Of a stretch of 64,000 nucleotides of DNA, positions 50,401 to 62,460 are shown piece by piece (the first letter of the stretch is position 1; every line of letters starts with the position of its first letter). The notes beneath the pieces are model-generated. The model saw only the letters and a program-made list of their open reading frames with translations, searched no databases and was not told where the DNA came from. The DNA comes from Nemertoderma westbladi. Lineage: Eukaryota > Animalia > Xenacoelomorpha. The position numbers and the translations under genes were made by a program. The stretch is from NCBI GenBank assembly GCA_032718475.1, contig JAUCBJ010002525.1, positions 77-64,076 of the forward strand, in the 5' to 3' direction.

Positions 50401-51832
50401 CTCTACAGATACCAACTGAATCAGAATCAATAAATACAACGGTTATATTGCTAACACATATTTGTTACTCCTACCGTTCTAAGCGGCCTGGCCAATGGAT
50501 GCGTTCCAATCACCTGTTTTCCCCTCCCATCATTGGCTAACCTAATTAATCTCCATCTCGCCACTCCCTGTTGCCACTGTCCCCAATTGCTAGCCCCTTT
50601 GTCCCCTGAGATGGCTTATGGCCTCTCAACTCTATACGTGGCTGACAGTGTGTGTTTCCTGAGTTGGTTATTACTTAGGTGACATTATATTAGTAATGTC
50701 ACCTTCCCAACTATAATTGGTAAAAAGCCACTATGCCCATTTTCCGCTGGGGAGTGCAGGGAATTGAATCCGCTTACAATATCAACACACAATTATAATG
50801 AAAATGTATGTATTTATCATATCAAAATTATTATATTTAAACATTCAGAATTATACTGTATCGAACATTTGACATAGTATAGTACCGTAGTAAAAAAACA
50901 AAACAAGTAAAAATTCCCGATTGCTGTAATAATTACATTTACTTACAGTTTAAGGCAAAAATATAACAATAATTACATTGTGTATACTTACAGAAGGCAA
51001 ATATAAAAGGACGGAAGATCTGCAATAACAAAAATACATTATCGCAATACAAAGTTTATTACTGATCAATTTTTTGTATTTAATGTTCATTTTTAAACAT
51101 ACTACGTAAAAAATGCAAACTATGTAAAAAATATAGTATTCAACAGAAAACTAGACGTTGCAACATCCAGGAAGTCAGCAAAGGTGACTGGGAAAAACAG
51201 GACCTGGGGGGGGGGGGGGGGGGGGATCTTGACTCAAATCATAGCTTGGCGAATTAATTTATCGTTTAATATTAAATTATCAATTAATTGAAAGGAGCAG
51301 GTTACAGTGACATGTTATTCTAACCAAATCAATGAACTCAAGTCAATAGAACAGTTTTATATTTTGGAGTAATTCAGCCCCAGTCCCACACCCCGCCCAC
51401 CATCTATCTGCTGCAATTAGCTTATCATTGTTGCATGCAATATCTACTGTAGTTCTCAGTGGCGTTTAAGTTTTTTTTTTACATAGTTTGGTCCTTTGTT
51501 TTTACTTACTCGCTTGACTATTAAATATGATGATCGACTAATGCTCTTTCAAGCTTTTACTTCACCTTTTATGAGTTAATAAAAAAATTAATTATAAATT
51601 AATTACACATTATAATATACTTTGTAGTTATAAGATGGTGCAATATCCCAGTGGTTCAGTCTTTAACAAATCCGACCACAGTGATTCAGTATATATATAC
51701 CAACATAACCGTCCATATATCTTCAATATCCAACAGTATCCGACGCCAGTGGTTATTCAATATCCGAACCTAATTGTCTCAGTAACCTACTCTGTGGCAT
51801 CCGCCTACCTAAGATTCGGGTGGTACGGGTGA

Positions 51833-52570
51833 TCACCCCGAGTACCGGTAGACCAAGAATTCGTTAGACACCGTGTACTTGGCGGCAAACTGACGACCCT
51901 CTGGCGTTGGATCAGAGAAAGCGATCTCCTGAGGACCCAGACAGGTCCCGTAGACAAAGTTTCTGCGGAGACAGTCGACCAGACGTGTGGCCACGCCAGT
52001 GCGTCGGTCGCAGCGCGCCACCCAGATTTGGGCTATTCCAGCCCGAGCCGGCGTCGCCACATCAGAGCAGAAGCAGGCCGAACCGGGGGACGAAACAGCA
52101 ACGGCTGGTTTAGAAATAGGTGATAGTGGGGTTGCAGGGGGGAGGGGGGTTGTCGTATTATTAGTGAGGGTGAGGGGGGTTAGGGGATGCGGTGCTGAGT
52201 CCATATTACATGTGGGTGTGGCGTTTAGGTCTTGTGATAGAAGTACATGAGATTTAAAGTTTGAGCCTTGAATTAGCGAGACTTGTGTATCTTGGGTTGA
52301 CTCTTGATATTGCGATCCTTGGGTTGGTTGGGTTGATTCTTCAGACTGAGATAATTGGGTTGAATTCAGCCCAATCGAAGACGGTGTGTCTGGAAGCGTT
52401 TCTAAATTGTGTTCGTAGACGATTTTTCGGTTATCGGGACCCTGTGCATTGCGACGTTGTTCAATATTGCTTCCCTTAGACGCATTGATCTCGATGTTGG
52501 AGACTGCTGTAGTTTCCGATACAGTTGTAGTTGTTCCGGATTCCGAAGTCAAGTTCAACACACGAAAACC
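51833..52570 (-). CDS. ESCO: ESCO/Eco1 cohesin acetyltransferase, last coding exon
   Basis: Acceptor GCAG|GGT (GFRVL) and C-terminal GIAQIWV...RRTGVATRLVDCLRRNFVYG...IAFSDPTPEGRQFAAKY...FLVY. Confidence 0.92.
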   Translation of the reverse strand, partial: GFRVLNLTSESGTTTTVSETTAVSNIEINASKGSNIEQRRNAQGPDNRKIVYEHNLETLPDTPSSIGLNSTQLSQSEESTQPTQGSQYQESTQDTQVSLIQGSNFKSHVLLSQDLNATPTCNMDSAPHPLTPLTLTNNTTTPLPPATPLSPISKPAVAVSSPGSACFCSDVATPARAGIAQIWVARCDRRTGVATRLVDCLRRNFVYGTCLGPQEIAFSDPTPEGRQFAAKYTVSNEFLVYRYSG

Positions 52571-53222
52571 CTGCGCAAAAATAAGTTAGAAGTTACATTT
52601 TTGTATAGAAAACCTATAATAGATTCTCACAAAGTATTTTGTGTTGCAGGTGGTAAGATCCGCAATTTAGCATCGCATATTCGCTAAACATCCATTGGTT
52701 ATACATAGCCTTCCCAGACTATAATGCCAATGGGAGAGCTAGTTTAAGATAGGTTTATACATAGGTTTAAGATACACATCTAGTTTAAGATAGGTTTACA
52801 TATACATAAGTTTGCATATAAAACACCATTTTCGTTAGCCAAAGTTGTATAAAAATTCCCACAATTTATCAAAAGTTATATTAAAAGCTGTATAAAAATT
52901 ATTTAAAGATAAATAAAATATCGTAAAAGTTATATCAAAATTGCAAAACGTTATATAAAATTCCAAAGTGATGACTCAGAATGCTTCAGTCGTCGTCGAC
53001 CTAGGTCAAGAGGGATCAACGATTTTTCACATATCAATAAACTTTAATTAGATATAAATGCATAATTAATAATGTGTAACTGTTAATAAATTTCACTAAA
53101 TAAACTTAGGTACATAAAAAAAAACTTAGGTCGTAACGCTGCAAAGTGCTACTTTGCACACAATGATGTAAATAGTTATTGAGAATTTTGATAAAACTTT
53201 TGCTAACGTAAATTGTGGTTAA

Positions 53223-54864
53223 CCCGCCGAAGACCTTTTGATTCAGGTTACACCCAGGACCGTTTGGGTCAAATTGACCCACGGTATATTATTGATAATT
53301 GATAATATTATCAATCAAAATGACCAAAAGTGAGGTTTTATCAGTGTGGAAACTCATTTGCGACTTACGGGCAAGTTACTTAGGCTATTTACATCCAATT
53401 TGGTTTCAATAACTAGCGTAGCGAGTGACACAACGAAACGAGGGTTTCTCATTTTGTTCAGATATGAACTGTACATGGAAATATTGACAACTCCACCTGA
53501 ACAAGCGTGTGTATCAATATGGGTTTCATAATATTATTCACCAAAGTACTTAGACTATTTACATCAAACTGGGATTGATTAACGAGCGAAGCGAGTGACA
53601 CAAAAACCGAGTCCATTTTATTTGAATAATTATTCGCATACAATGAGAAAACATTTGAGTGGCGCTGATTAAAGGCTAAACAACTGCGATAAATGATAAT
53701 CTCTGATAGCACCTTACTATCACCCATCTGATATAGGCCCTACAACATTTACATATACTTGTATAGAAGTATTCTAGAGATAATATTATTTGTTTCCCAA
53801 ATAAATAGTGAAGTAAATATATCATAAATATGTTACTACTAAAGCTACGGGACCTAAACACTACAGGACCTACTGCTACTGACCTAACTCAGTAACTGCC
53901 TAAAGTATACCGATTTGGACCTAATGCTACCAGGCTGTTTTGTACATTACACACAAAAGTGATTCTCAAAAATGTTTCCATTTTGCACACAACTGTTATA
54001 TATTAGCCCAATTTATTAATTTATAGGCCTATAGGCTAATGACAGAATGACTACTGGTTGCCGGTAGCTGTAGGCTTAGACAGCTAGATTATATATTTAC
54101 GGCTACTGTATATAGCCAGACAGCCAGATACCAGTCCCGGTAGCTTTAGGTCCTGGCAACCTGGTAATGTAGCTTTAGGTCCGGAGCATTAGGTCCATGG
54201 CATTAGGTCCTGGCAGCCTGTTAGCATTAGGGCCGAGCCATTTGGTCAGTAAGTCCAGTCTGCCTCCATAACCAGGCAGGTTAGTAAAGGAGCAGGTTAT
54301 AGAGGCGAGTTGAAAGGAACCAAAACAATAAACGAGAGTTAGGAATAATTTAATGTAATGTGTTACAGGACCTAAAGTATACTGGTTTGGACCTAACGCT
54401 ATATTGGCACTGACTAGGCCTAATTAGAAGACGTTCCATACAGGAAATATGGTTCATGGACGATACCAGGTTTCCATATTACACAGTACACACACACACA
54501 CACGCACCGACATACAAACAGACAAACTGTACAAACAGACGAATTGACTTTTCAATGTTGATTAAGCATCGCCCTGACTTGGAAAATTGATGTGTTTACA
54601 GAATTCGACTTTGCAAAACTGTTATTTATGAGTAAAACTATAATGGGTCATTTTGACCCAAGCGGCTCTTGGCGTTGCCTAAATAATAAAAGTCAAATTA
54701 AAAAAAAAGTGTTAAAGTAAAAGTTGTGACCCGGTTACATTTGGAAAGAGTATAAAAAAGTAGGAGAATTCATGAAATATTGTAAACCCAATCATTATAT
54801 TGAATTTGTACAGTGCATGTAAACTTCATTTTGGGTCAATTTGACCCAAACGGTCCTCGGCGGG
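53223..54864. mobile_element. piggyBac-like MITE, intronic
   Basis: TTAA TSD, termini CCCGCCGAAGACC and GGTCCTCGGCGGG, subterminal inverted repeat ggaccgtttgggtcaaattgaccca. Contains a nested ggaccta/taggtcc repeat block. Confidence 0.85.
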
Positions 54865-55060
54865 TTAAACTGTAAGGCCTAGTGTGGTATATCTTACCAA
54901 CAATATCCCGTTCGATACTGTATTTCACATCTGGGTTTATCCAACCCCGGCCCCACCAACTTAAGTTTGTTTATAACATAATTAATTATATATAATGCGG
55001 TTTTTAATGATTTGTTATGGTTTAACTACATAGAAGCTATTCACCTTTATTATGATTCAA

Positions 55061-55279
55061 CATACAATGTGCTTTGGCAGCTCCATGGCGTGAATAAGCA
55101 AGGTGGACAGCCCATGACTTTCTTGAGACGCATCTTAAAGGACACTGGCTTCGAAGATGCGGATGATCTAGCACATGTCATGGGTGATAGGGAGTTGTGG
55201 TGGCGCAATTTTGTCGACAAGCCGGCACAGCATTCTTGCAAATGCAGCTGCAATGCAGCATGCCGATCCTATAGTAGTA
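55061..55279 (+). mobile_element. 5'-truncated RTE LINE
   Basis: Close copy of the 46.5-kb fragment, with TSD tatgattcaa. Confidence 0.85.
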
Positions 55280-56100
55280 TATGATTCAATGATTCAATTG
55301 GTGGTTTTCTCCCTTTAATTTTAATTTTTTAATCTGTGTTTTTCCGATTTAAATTTTAATATTAATTTGTGAAATAAATAAATAAAAAATAATAATGTAC
55401 AATATTTTGTAATTTTGTGAATTTCTCAATTGATGACCGGGGGTGGGGAGGGAGGGGGGGGGGGGGGGGGGGGGGAGTGTAGCCCATGTGAAGTTTCACA
55501 GGATTCCATTTCCAAAAAAATAAAATGCACATGATGTGAAGAAAGGAAAGGGATTTGGCCTACTTACTGTAGATGGTTGAGTTGATATTATTCCATAAAA
55601 TTACCTATATCATTTGATACCGGTATATTTCAAAGATCCCCGTTTATTTATGTAAACCTCCCGGGCTGCGCTCGGCACATATACACTTCTATGTATCGCT
55701 ACAAATATTGAAGGGAATGCGAGTATGACCGCCGCGGTGATGAAAAATTGAAAAATTGTCCGTCAATCATCCTGAAAAGCTTCAAATTCAGACACCTTCG
55801 TGGAGAATCCGCGTAGGACTAAATACTTGAGCCTTTGCGTAGCAGTGCAATTAGTGGACTAGATTCTTCGCCCCATGGCGGCCAACAGAGGAACCATAGA
55901 ATGAACTCCGTTTGTATGTAGAATTTCTAAACTTTTGATAGACCTTTATGTGTACCAGTGTGCAGTGTATCAAGTTTAGTTCCATGTTATCAATGACGAC
56001 AGATGGTCCACAAATTATACCGCTACACAGAGCAGAATAGACTGACCTATACTCCGTGGCTCGCCCCACAAGTAATTAACTGACAACTAACTTGTATTTA

Positions 56101-56397
56101 GGGTAAATCTTTTCGACCTACGCGTAGGCCTACGCGTAGCTACGCGTAGCTACGCGTAGTTTGTAACTTCCATTCCTGTCATTTACCGGTAGGGCCAGAC
56201 TTACTGCCTTTTTAACAACTACGCGTAGGTGTTTTAAAACTACGCGTAGTTATTTTGGAACTACCGTAGGTATTTTGGACTACGCGTAGTTATTGTTAAA
56301 ACTCTGAAACTGGTGATATATGACCCAATGTTGCGAACTACGCGTAGCTACGCGTAGCTACGCGTAGGGCCTACGCGTAGGTCGAAAAGATTTACCC
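56101..56397. mobile_element. Palindromic MITE, Mutator-like, built from CTACGCGTAG units
   Basis: TIRs of about 60 bp beginning GGGTAAATCTTTTCG, resembling the 18003 element terminus, and an 8-bp TSD tgtattta. Confidence 0.85.
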
Positions 56398-56586
56398 TGT
56401 ATTTATTTTGATAACTACCTCTGTACTGCAGTACTGGTACCGGTACCTCAGAATTACTAGAGCCTACCTCAGTCAGTCAGTCTGTACCTACTGACCTACA
56501 ACTACAACCTAAGCCTGTAAGCTGAACAACAGCTCAGACACCGGTACCGGTAGTTTCTCGCACCAAAAACGGTAAATCCCAACAAT

Positions 56587-57078
56587 ATGACAGTAGAGTG
56601 TGGAGAATGCAAATGGTTTAACAACGAGAAGGGTTTCGGATTTATAACCCCTGACGACGGTAGCCCTGATATATTCGTTCACCAAACCCAAATCTATTCT
56701 CAAGGATTCCGCTCATTATGTGAAGGAGAAAAAGTTGAGTTCGTTCGAGCGATGGACGAGAGAAACAACAAGGAGAAAGCGACCAATGTAACCGGGCCAA
56801 ACGGGGACTACGTGAAGGGACAACCGAGGGATGGAGGGGGGCGTGGGGGTGGGGACAGGTACGGAGGCGGAGGGGGAGGGAGCCGGTACGGGGGTGGAGG
56901 TGGGGGGTACGGGGGTGGTGGAGGGGGGTATGGGGGTGGCGGCTACGGGGGTGGGGACCGGTACGGCGGTGGTGATAGATACGGGGGCGGCGGAGGAGGG
57001 GGGCGTTACGGTGGGGGAGGGGGTTACGGGGGAGGAGGAGGAGGGGGATATGGCGGAGGTGGCGGAGGCTACTACTGA
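56587..57078 (+). CDS. Cold-shock-domain protein with Gly/Tyr/Arg-rich tail, intronless, 163 aa
   Basis: [12 protein letters not shown] (RNP1), DIFVHQ (RNP2), GFRSL.EGE.VEF and VTGP.G, followed by (GGGY/RYGG)n. Confidence 0.93.
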   Translation: MTVECGECKWFNNEKGFGFITPDDGSPDIFVHQTQIYSQGFRSLCEGEKVEFVRAMDERNNKEKATNVTGPNGDYVKGQPRDGGGRGGGDRYGGGGGGSRYGGGGGGYGGGGGGYGGGGYGGGDRYGGGDRYGGGGGGGRYGGGGGYGGGGGGGYGGGGGGYY

Positions 57079-57854
57079 GTTACAACCCGTCGCGCAAACT
57101 CTCAAAGGATGAACCTTCCCACAGTCTTAAGTACGTAATGTCTTCATTTCTCCTCCTATATCTAGTTCCTACCTGTAGGCTTCCCAACCCAACGCAGAAC
57201 CACACGTTACCATGCGGACTGGGAATATCAAAGTTGTGTAGGAACTAGTAAATATTTTATCAGGGCAATTATTCGTATACAATTCATTGTTTCTTACTGT
57301 TTTACCATTATTTCGTTACCGGTACAACGAGCCTGGATGTGGAGTAAAAGATATCTGCTCGCACGATCTACCATTATCCAGGTATAGTTACGAGCTTTTC
57401 CACATGAACTCGCTTTGAAACTGGACTAGTTTTACTATCTATGTAACATGATTTAAGTTATTGCTTAAAGATAAACTATCATGCAGTTTTAATTGTATAT
57501 ATATATAGTAACCAGTTTATGCAGTGAATCGCCAGTAATAATTAATTGTAGATCGGTTAATGCACTCTTACATTCTAAATTATAGAAGTAAGTGGAATCA
57601 TTTCATCTTAATAAGTCCAGCTTCATATCATTGTTCGTTTTGTTAGTTCTGGTTCTGAATTTATTTAAGTAAAAGTTGTCTCTAGTTGTTTTGTTTTATA
57701 GTGAAGTTGAAGGTCTATAGATGTTCTTTACGGAAATATATTATTATATCTGTTAGTGGGATGAAAATAATAATGATTGTTTATTATATACCTGGGGGTC
57801 AATCTCTCACATTACCGGTACCTTCCTGAAATAGTTTAATATATAGTTAAATTT

Positions 57855-58420
57855 ATTGAACCACCCACAACATTTCTGTCTACTGCTGATGGTGACACAG
57901 ATCCAGTCGAAGTCTTATAGGGAGTCCTTCAGGGTGACACACTTGCACCATTCTTATTCATAATTGTGGTTGATTATGTTCTACGGACGCATGTCCTTAG
58001 TGATGGTATGGTAACACCCCCTCCTACACGCACAAGAAGTAGAGGAAATCCAGCAAAGTACCGTACTGATCTAGACTTTGCCGATGACTTAAGTGTACTG
58101 TCAGAATCACTAGAGTGAGCCCAAAGGCTCCTCTGCTCATTTGAGCAGGTTGCGTCTAGTGTTGGTCTTTTGTAAACTCCAAGAAGACCAAAATCATGAC
58201 AGTGAACCTAGACAGCCCTCAAGAAATAAGTAGGGGCATAGCTCTGGGGACGGCTTTCTTGATCACTTGGATGACTTCTGCTACTTGGGATCATGGATCA
58301 GAAAGTCAGATGAAGGCATTCGGATATGTAAGGGGAGAAGGCATAGGTAGCGTGAAATAGTCTGTCCAGGATTTGGAAATCCCATAGAATAAAACGTAAC
58401 CTTAAGGTTCGATTATTTAT
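57855..58420 (+). mobile_element. Decayed RTE RT fragment
   Basis: GVLQGDTLAPFLFIIVVDYVLR and DLDFADD, with stops and frameshifts. Confidence 0.85.
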
Positions 58421-58624
58421 GTGTAGTAGCAGTACTCTTAACAATGGGTTGCCTTAACTTAAGACCCAAATAGAATTAGTGAAGTAAATTTTAATAGCTG
58501 ACTAACGTGTTCATCGAATTATCCTTAAAATAATATGATATCATTAGTTATGTTTATAGGTTTTGAAAGAACAATTTTTTGACGAAAATCCCATCGTAAG
58601 GCCATCCCTGATATATAGCCCATA

Positions 58625-58820
58625 TGATATATTATTAGGTATATATTTTTTCCATTTTTTTTTTGGGTATATTGATCAGTTATTACAGTTCAGAAGTATT
58701 GAACTGTCAGATACGATATATTATTAGGTATATATTTTTTATTTTTTTGGGGTATATTGATCAGTTATTACAGTTCAGAAGTATTGAACTGTCAGATATT
58801 AATAGGTATATATTTTTTTA
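58625..58820. repeat. Tandem duplication of about 89 bp
   Basis: gatatattattaggtatatatttttt...gaactgtcagata occurs twice plus a partial copy. Confidence 0.8.
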
Positions 58821-59209
58821 TTGAAAATATTGAACTTCTAGGTTGGAGTCCCATTGTGATTAATCAGGTAATAAGTGCCAGTTTAATCAAATCAAGGTGA
58901 GAAATCCGTGTCTATAATATGTACTTGCAAAATTCATTTATATTATTTGCTTATGTGGGTATTTTTTTTGCTGTACGTATATTAGAAGGTATTATAATAT
59001 TTAATGCTCTTCTCGGGTCTACCGGTGCCGGGTATTTAACGTACGACATCAGGCATTTGGGAATTCTACCAAATACTTACCAATCTCCATTTATTAGCTA
59101 AATAACTTGTGTTTTAGAACTAGTAAATATTAAGCTTCTACTCCCCGGGGTTACAGTAGTTCCGATATCCGACACACCTAGCCATCCTGCCCCCCCTGCT
59201 CTGTCTCTA

Positions 59210-62200
59210 ATGACCCGATCCTGTGACCTTTGCTACGTGTCTCCGAGTGATCCCTTCAACTCATTTTCTTGCGATATATGTGGGCTTGACTACCACTACC
59301 AGTGCGGGACATGTCTAAACCGCGTAGACTTTTTACAACGGTGTATCAGCGCTGCCCTTCTATTGATTTTTACTGTATATATTGTTCCAAAGAGATCTTC
59401 CCTTTTTTTGATGTTCCAAACGATGACGACGATATTTTTCAAAATGATGATAATTTTGTAAGCGCCCCAACCTCGGACCCCCTTATGTTTGACAATGTAG
59501 ACCCTCATTCCAATCTTGTAGATTATAGTGTGCCCGGAGGATACTATGACCAGAGTTTGTTTAATAGTAAATTCAAAAATGTCTCCAATTCTAATCCATC
59601 TCTATTTCACATAAATTGCCGCAGCCTTCAGCGTAATTTATCTAGTGTAACGGACTATCTCTCTGGACTTAATAATAAATTTGACTTCTTGGCCTTCACG
59701 GAAACCTTCTCAAAAAATGATAATCGGCTGGACCTTTTAAATATATCTGGCTATAATAAACCATATTTTGACCATAGAACTGATTGTCGGAGAGCGAGTG
59801 GAGGCGCGGCAATCTATGTTCGCGAAGGTTTATATAGTTCCGTTCGTGACGACCCCAAATTAAAAAATACTGAGAATATTTGGATTGAAGTAAAAACAAA
59901 GAATACAAATAAACCATTAATTATTGGGTGCGCATTTACCGTCCCGATGAATTTAAATACGATGATTTTGTTTCAGAGTTTGACGCTACATTAAATAAGT
60001 TATTTGGGAAATGTCGTGATGTTATTATATGTGGGGATTTTAACGTTGATCTTTTAAAAAAAAATAAACACAGTGACGCGTATAATAATTTAATTAATTC
60101 ACATGGCTTTAAACAAATAATTACTGAGCCAACCCGCATTTATAAAAATTCTCGTACCTTAATAGACCATATCATTACCAATATAAATAATATGGTATTA
60201 CACAGTGGTAACTTTTTGGCGGAACTCGGTACGGCCGACCATCTCGCTATCTTTACGATCCTTGATGACATCGGTGACTATTTTAATGCAGAAAAATGTA
60301 CTACATTCGATTGGACGAAATTTGATGTCAACATATTTAAAAGCGATCTGGATAACGAAATAAACTGGCCGTACCGATCGCAAAATATTTCCAATGCAAA
60401 CAATTTTGATGCTTTTTATAAATATTTTGAAGACATTTGTTTGAAAAACTTACCAACTCGCGAAATAACCAGGAAAAAATCAGATCCTCGTAAACCATGG
60501 ATATCAAATGCCTTACTCCGCTGTATAAAAGTAAAAAACAAACTATACGTCAAGTATATTAAAAGACCTTCGCCATTAAACAGTATAATATATAAGCGTT
60601 ACAGAAACAAACTTTCACAGGTTCTCCGTAACGCTGAAAAACTATATTATGAAAATGAATTTAATAAATGCGGGTCGGATATGAAGAAAACTTGGAAAAT
60701 TATTAACCGTGTCATATCAAAAAGAAATAAATTATCATCTAAAATTAGGCCTGAAATTGGCACTGACCTATTAACGGATTCATATGATATTGCAGAATGT
60801 TCTAACAAATTTTTTTCAAGCGTTGGCCCCAAAATAGACAGTACAATCCCATTTTCAACTAGATGTCCCATCTCATTTATGAAAACCCGCTCAACTTATA
60901 AATCCTTTTCCCTTGTAGAGACATCACCCGTTGAAATCCAATATCATAATTTACACTTAAATGAGGATACAGCTTATAATGACCGCTTCCCTTGCCGCTT
61001 ATTAAGATTAGGATCTGAAATCCTAGCCAGCCATTTATCCGTGTTAATAAATGAGAACTTTAGAATGGGTCAATTCCCTGATATACTGAAAATAGCAAAA
61101 ATCACCCCTGTATTCAAAAGCGGTGACCCCCTGGATACTTCTAACTACCGCCCTATATCAGTACTTCCCATGCTAAGTAAAATTAACGAAAAAATTATTT
61201 ACGACCAGTTAGCTAATTACCTGCAAAAATTTGACCTCCTATGCACCCACCAATACGGATTCCGGAAAAAAAGATCCCCATTTCAAGCTATTTTAGCAAT
61301 GACGGAAAAAATTCGAGATATTAGACACCCAGTCAAATGGATGTATAATATATATGGATATAAAAAAGGCATATGACACAGTAAACCACTCGATCCTTGT
61401 AAAAAAGCTTGAACACTACGGAATTCGCGGATTCCAAATACAACTTTTCAAAAATTATTTCCAAAATCGACTTCAATTTACCAAAATTAATAACTCAATT
61501 TCAACCTTTCAAAAAATCACATGCGGGATATCACAGGGTTCAATCTTAGCTTCCATTTTCTTTTTACTATATATTAACGACATACCAAATGCTTCTAAAT
61601 TATACACAGTACTTTTCGCGGACGACTCAAGTTTTCTTTGTAAAAACAATGACGCGACTTCCCTAGTGACGACCATGAAGTCAGAACTAAGTAATATACA
61701 AGACTGGCTAATTTCCAATAGATTATTAATAAATACAAAAAAAAAACGAATTTATGGTAGCGTCAAACAAACCAGAAAGATCCCAATTTCAAAACTCTTT
61801 AAAAATTAACAATAAATATTTAACAATGTCACCGTCGGTTAAGTACCTAGGAATTCAAATTGATCAAAAGTTATCCTGGAACACTCATATAACATATGTT
61901 TTATCAAAGTTATCTAAAACAGCTGGTATTTTTTATAAGTTGCGACACTATTTTGGTCTACGTATCCTAAAACTTCTTTATTTTTCGCTCGTGCACCCGT
62001 ATATAAACTATGGACTTATTATTTGGGGGAATGCTGGCTCCTCTCTGATAAAAAAGGTAAGACAAAAAATTAATAAAATCTTAAGATGCATTACCTTTTC
62101 TGACCGTCTTGCGCACTCCTTTCCGTTATATCAAAGTTTAAAAATATTACCCGTTCAACATTTGCACTCACTTCAAGTAGCAGCCTTTATGCATAGTGTA

Positions 62201-62460
62201 TTCTACAAATGAGAAAACTGAATTATCAAATCAATTTTAATTGGTAGGTGATGTTCATCGTTATGGTACAAGATCAAAATCACAAAATTTATTCTTTATT
62301 CCTCGTGCTAATTTAGTCGTTGGGCAGCGATCTATCTCTTTTGTCGGACCATCTCTTTGGAACAACAATATCACCTAAACTGAGAGAAATCAAAAGTAGG
62401 AAAATGTTTATAAAAAATATGAAATTAAAACTAATGTCATCGGAGAGCAGCGATCTATAA
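59210..62460 (+). mobile_element. CR1/L2-group LINE ORF2 (PHD-APE-RT), frameshifted
   Basis: PHD-like CDLC...CDIC...H..C...CIYC; APE motifs HINCRSL, FTET, GDFN, IDH, DH; RT motifs NYRPIS, QYGFR, KAYD, QGS, FADD, KYLG; at least 4 frameshifts. Confidence 0.9.

Noticed and set aside
50678-50703. CRESS-DNA virus origin
   Set aside because: The loop lacks NANTATTAC and no Rep motifs are nearby. Kept only as an unexplained hairpin.
56716-57112. Alternative-frame Pro-rich and Gly/Val-rich ORFs
   Set aside because: Shadows of the Gly-rich CSD tail.
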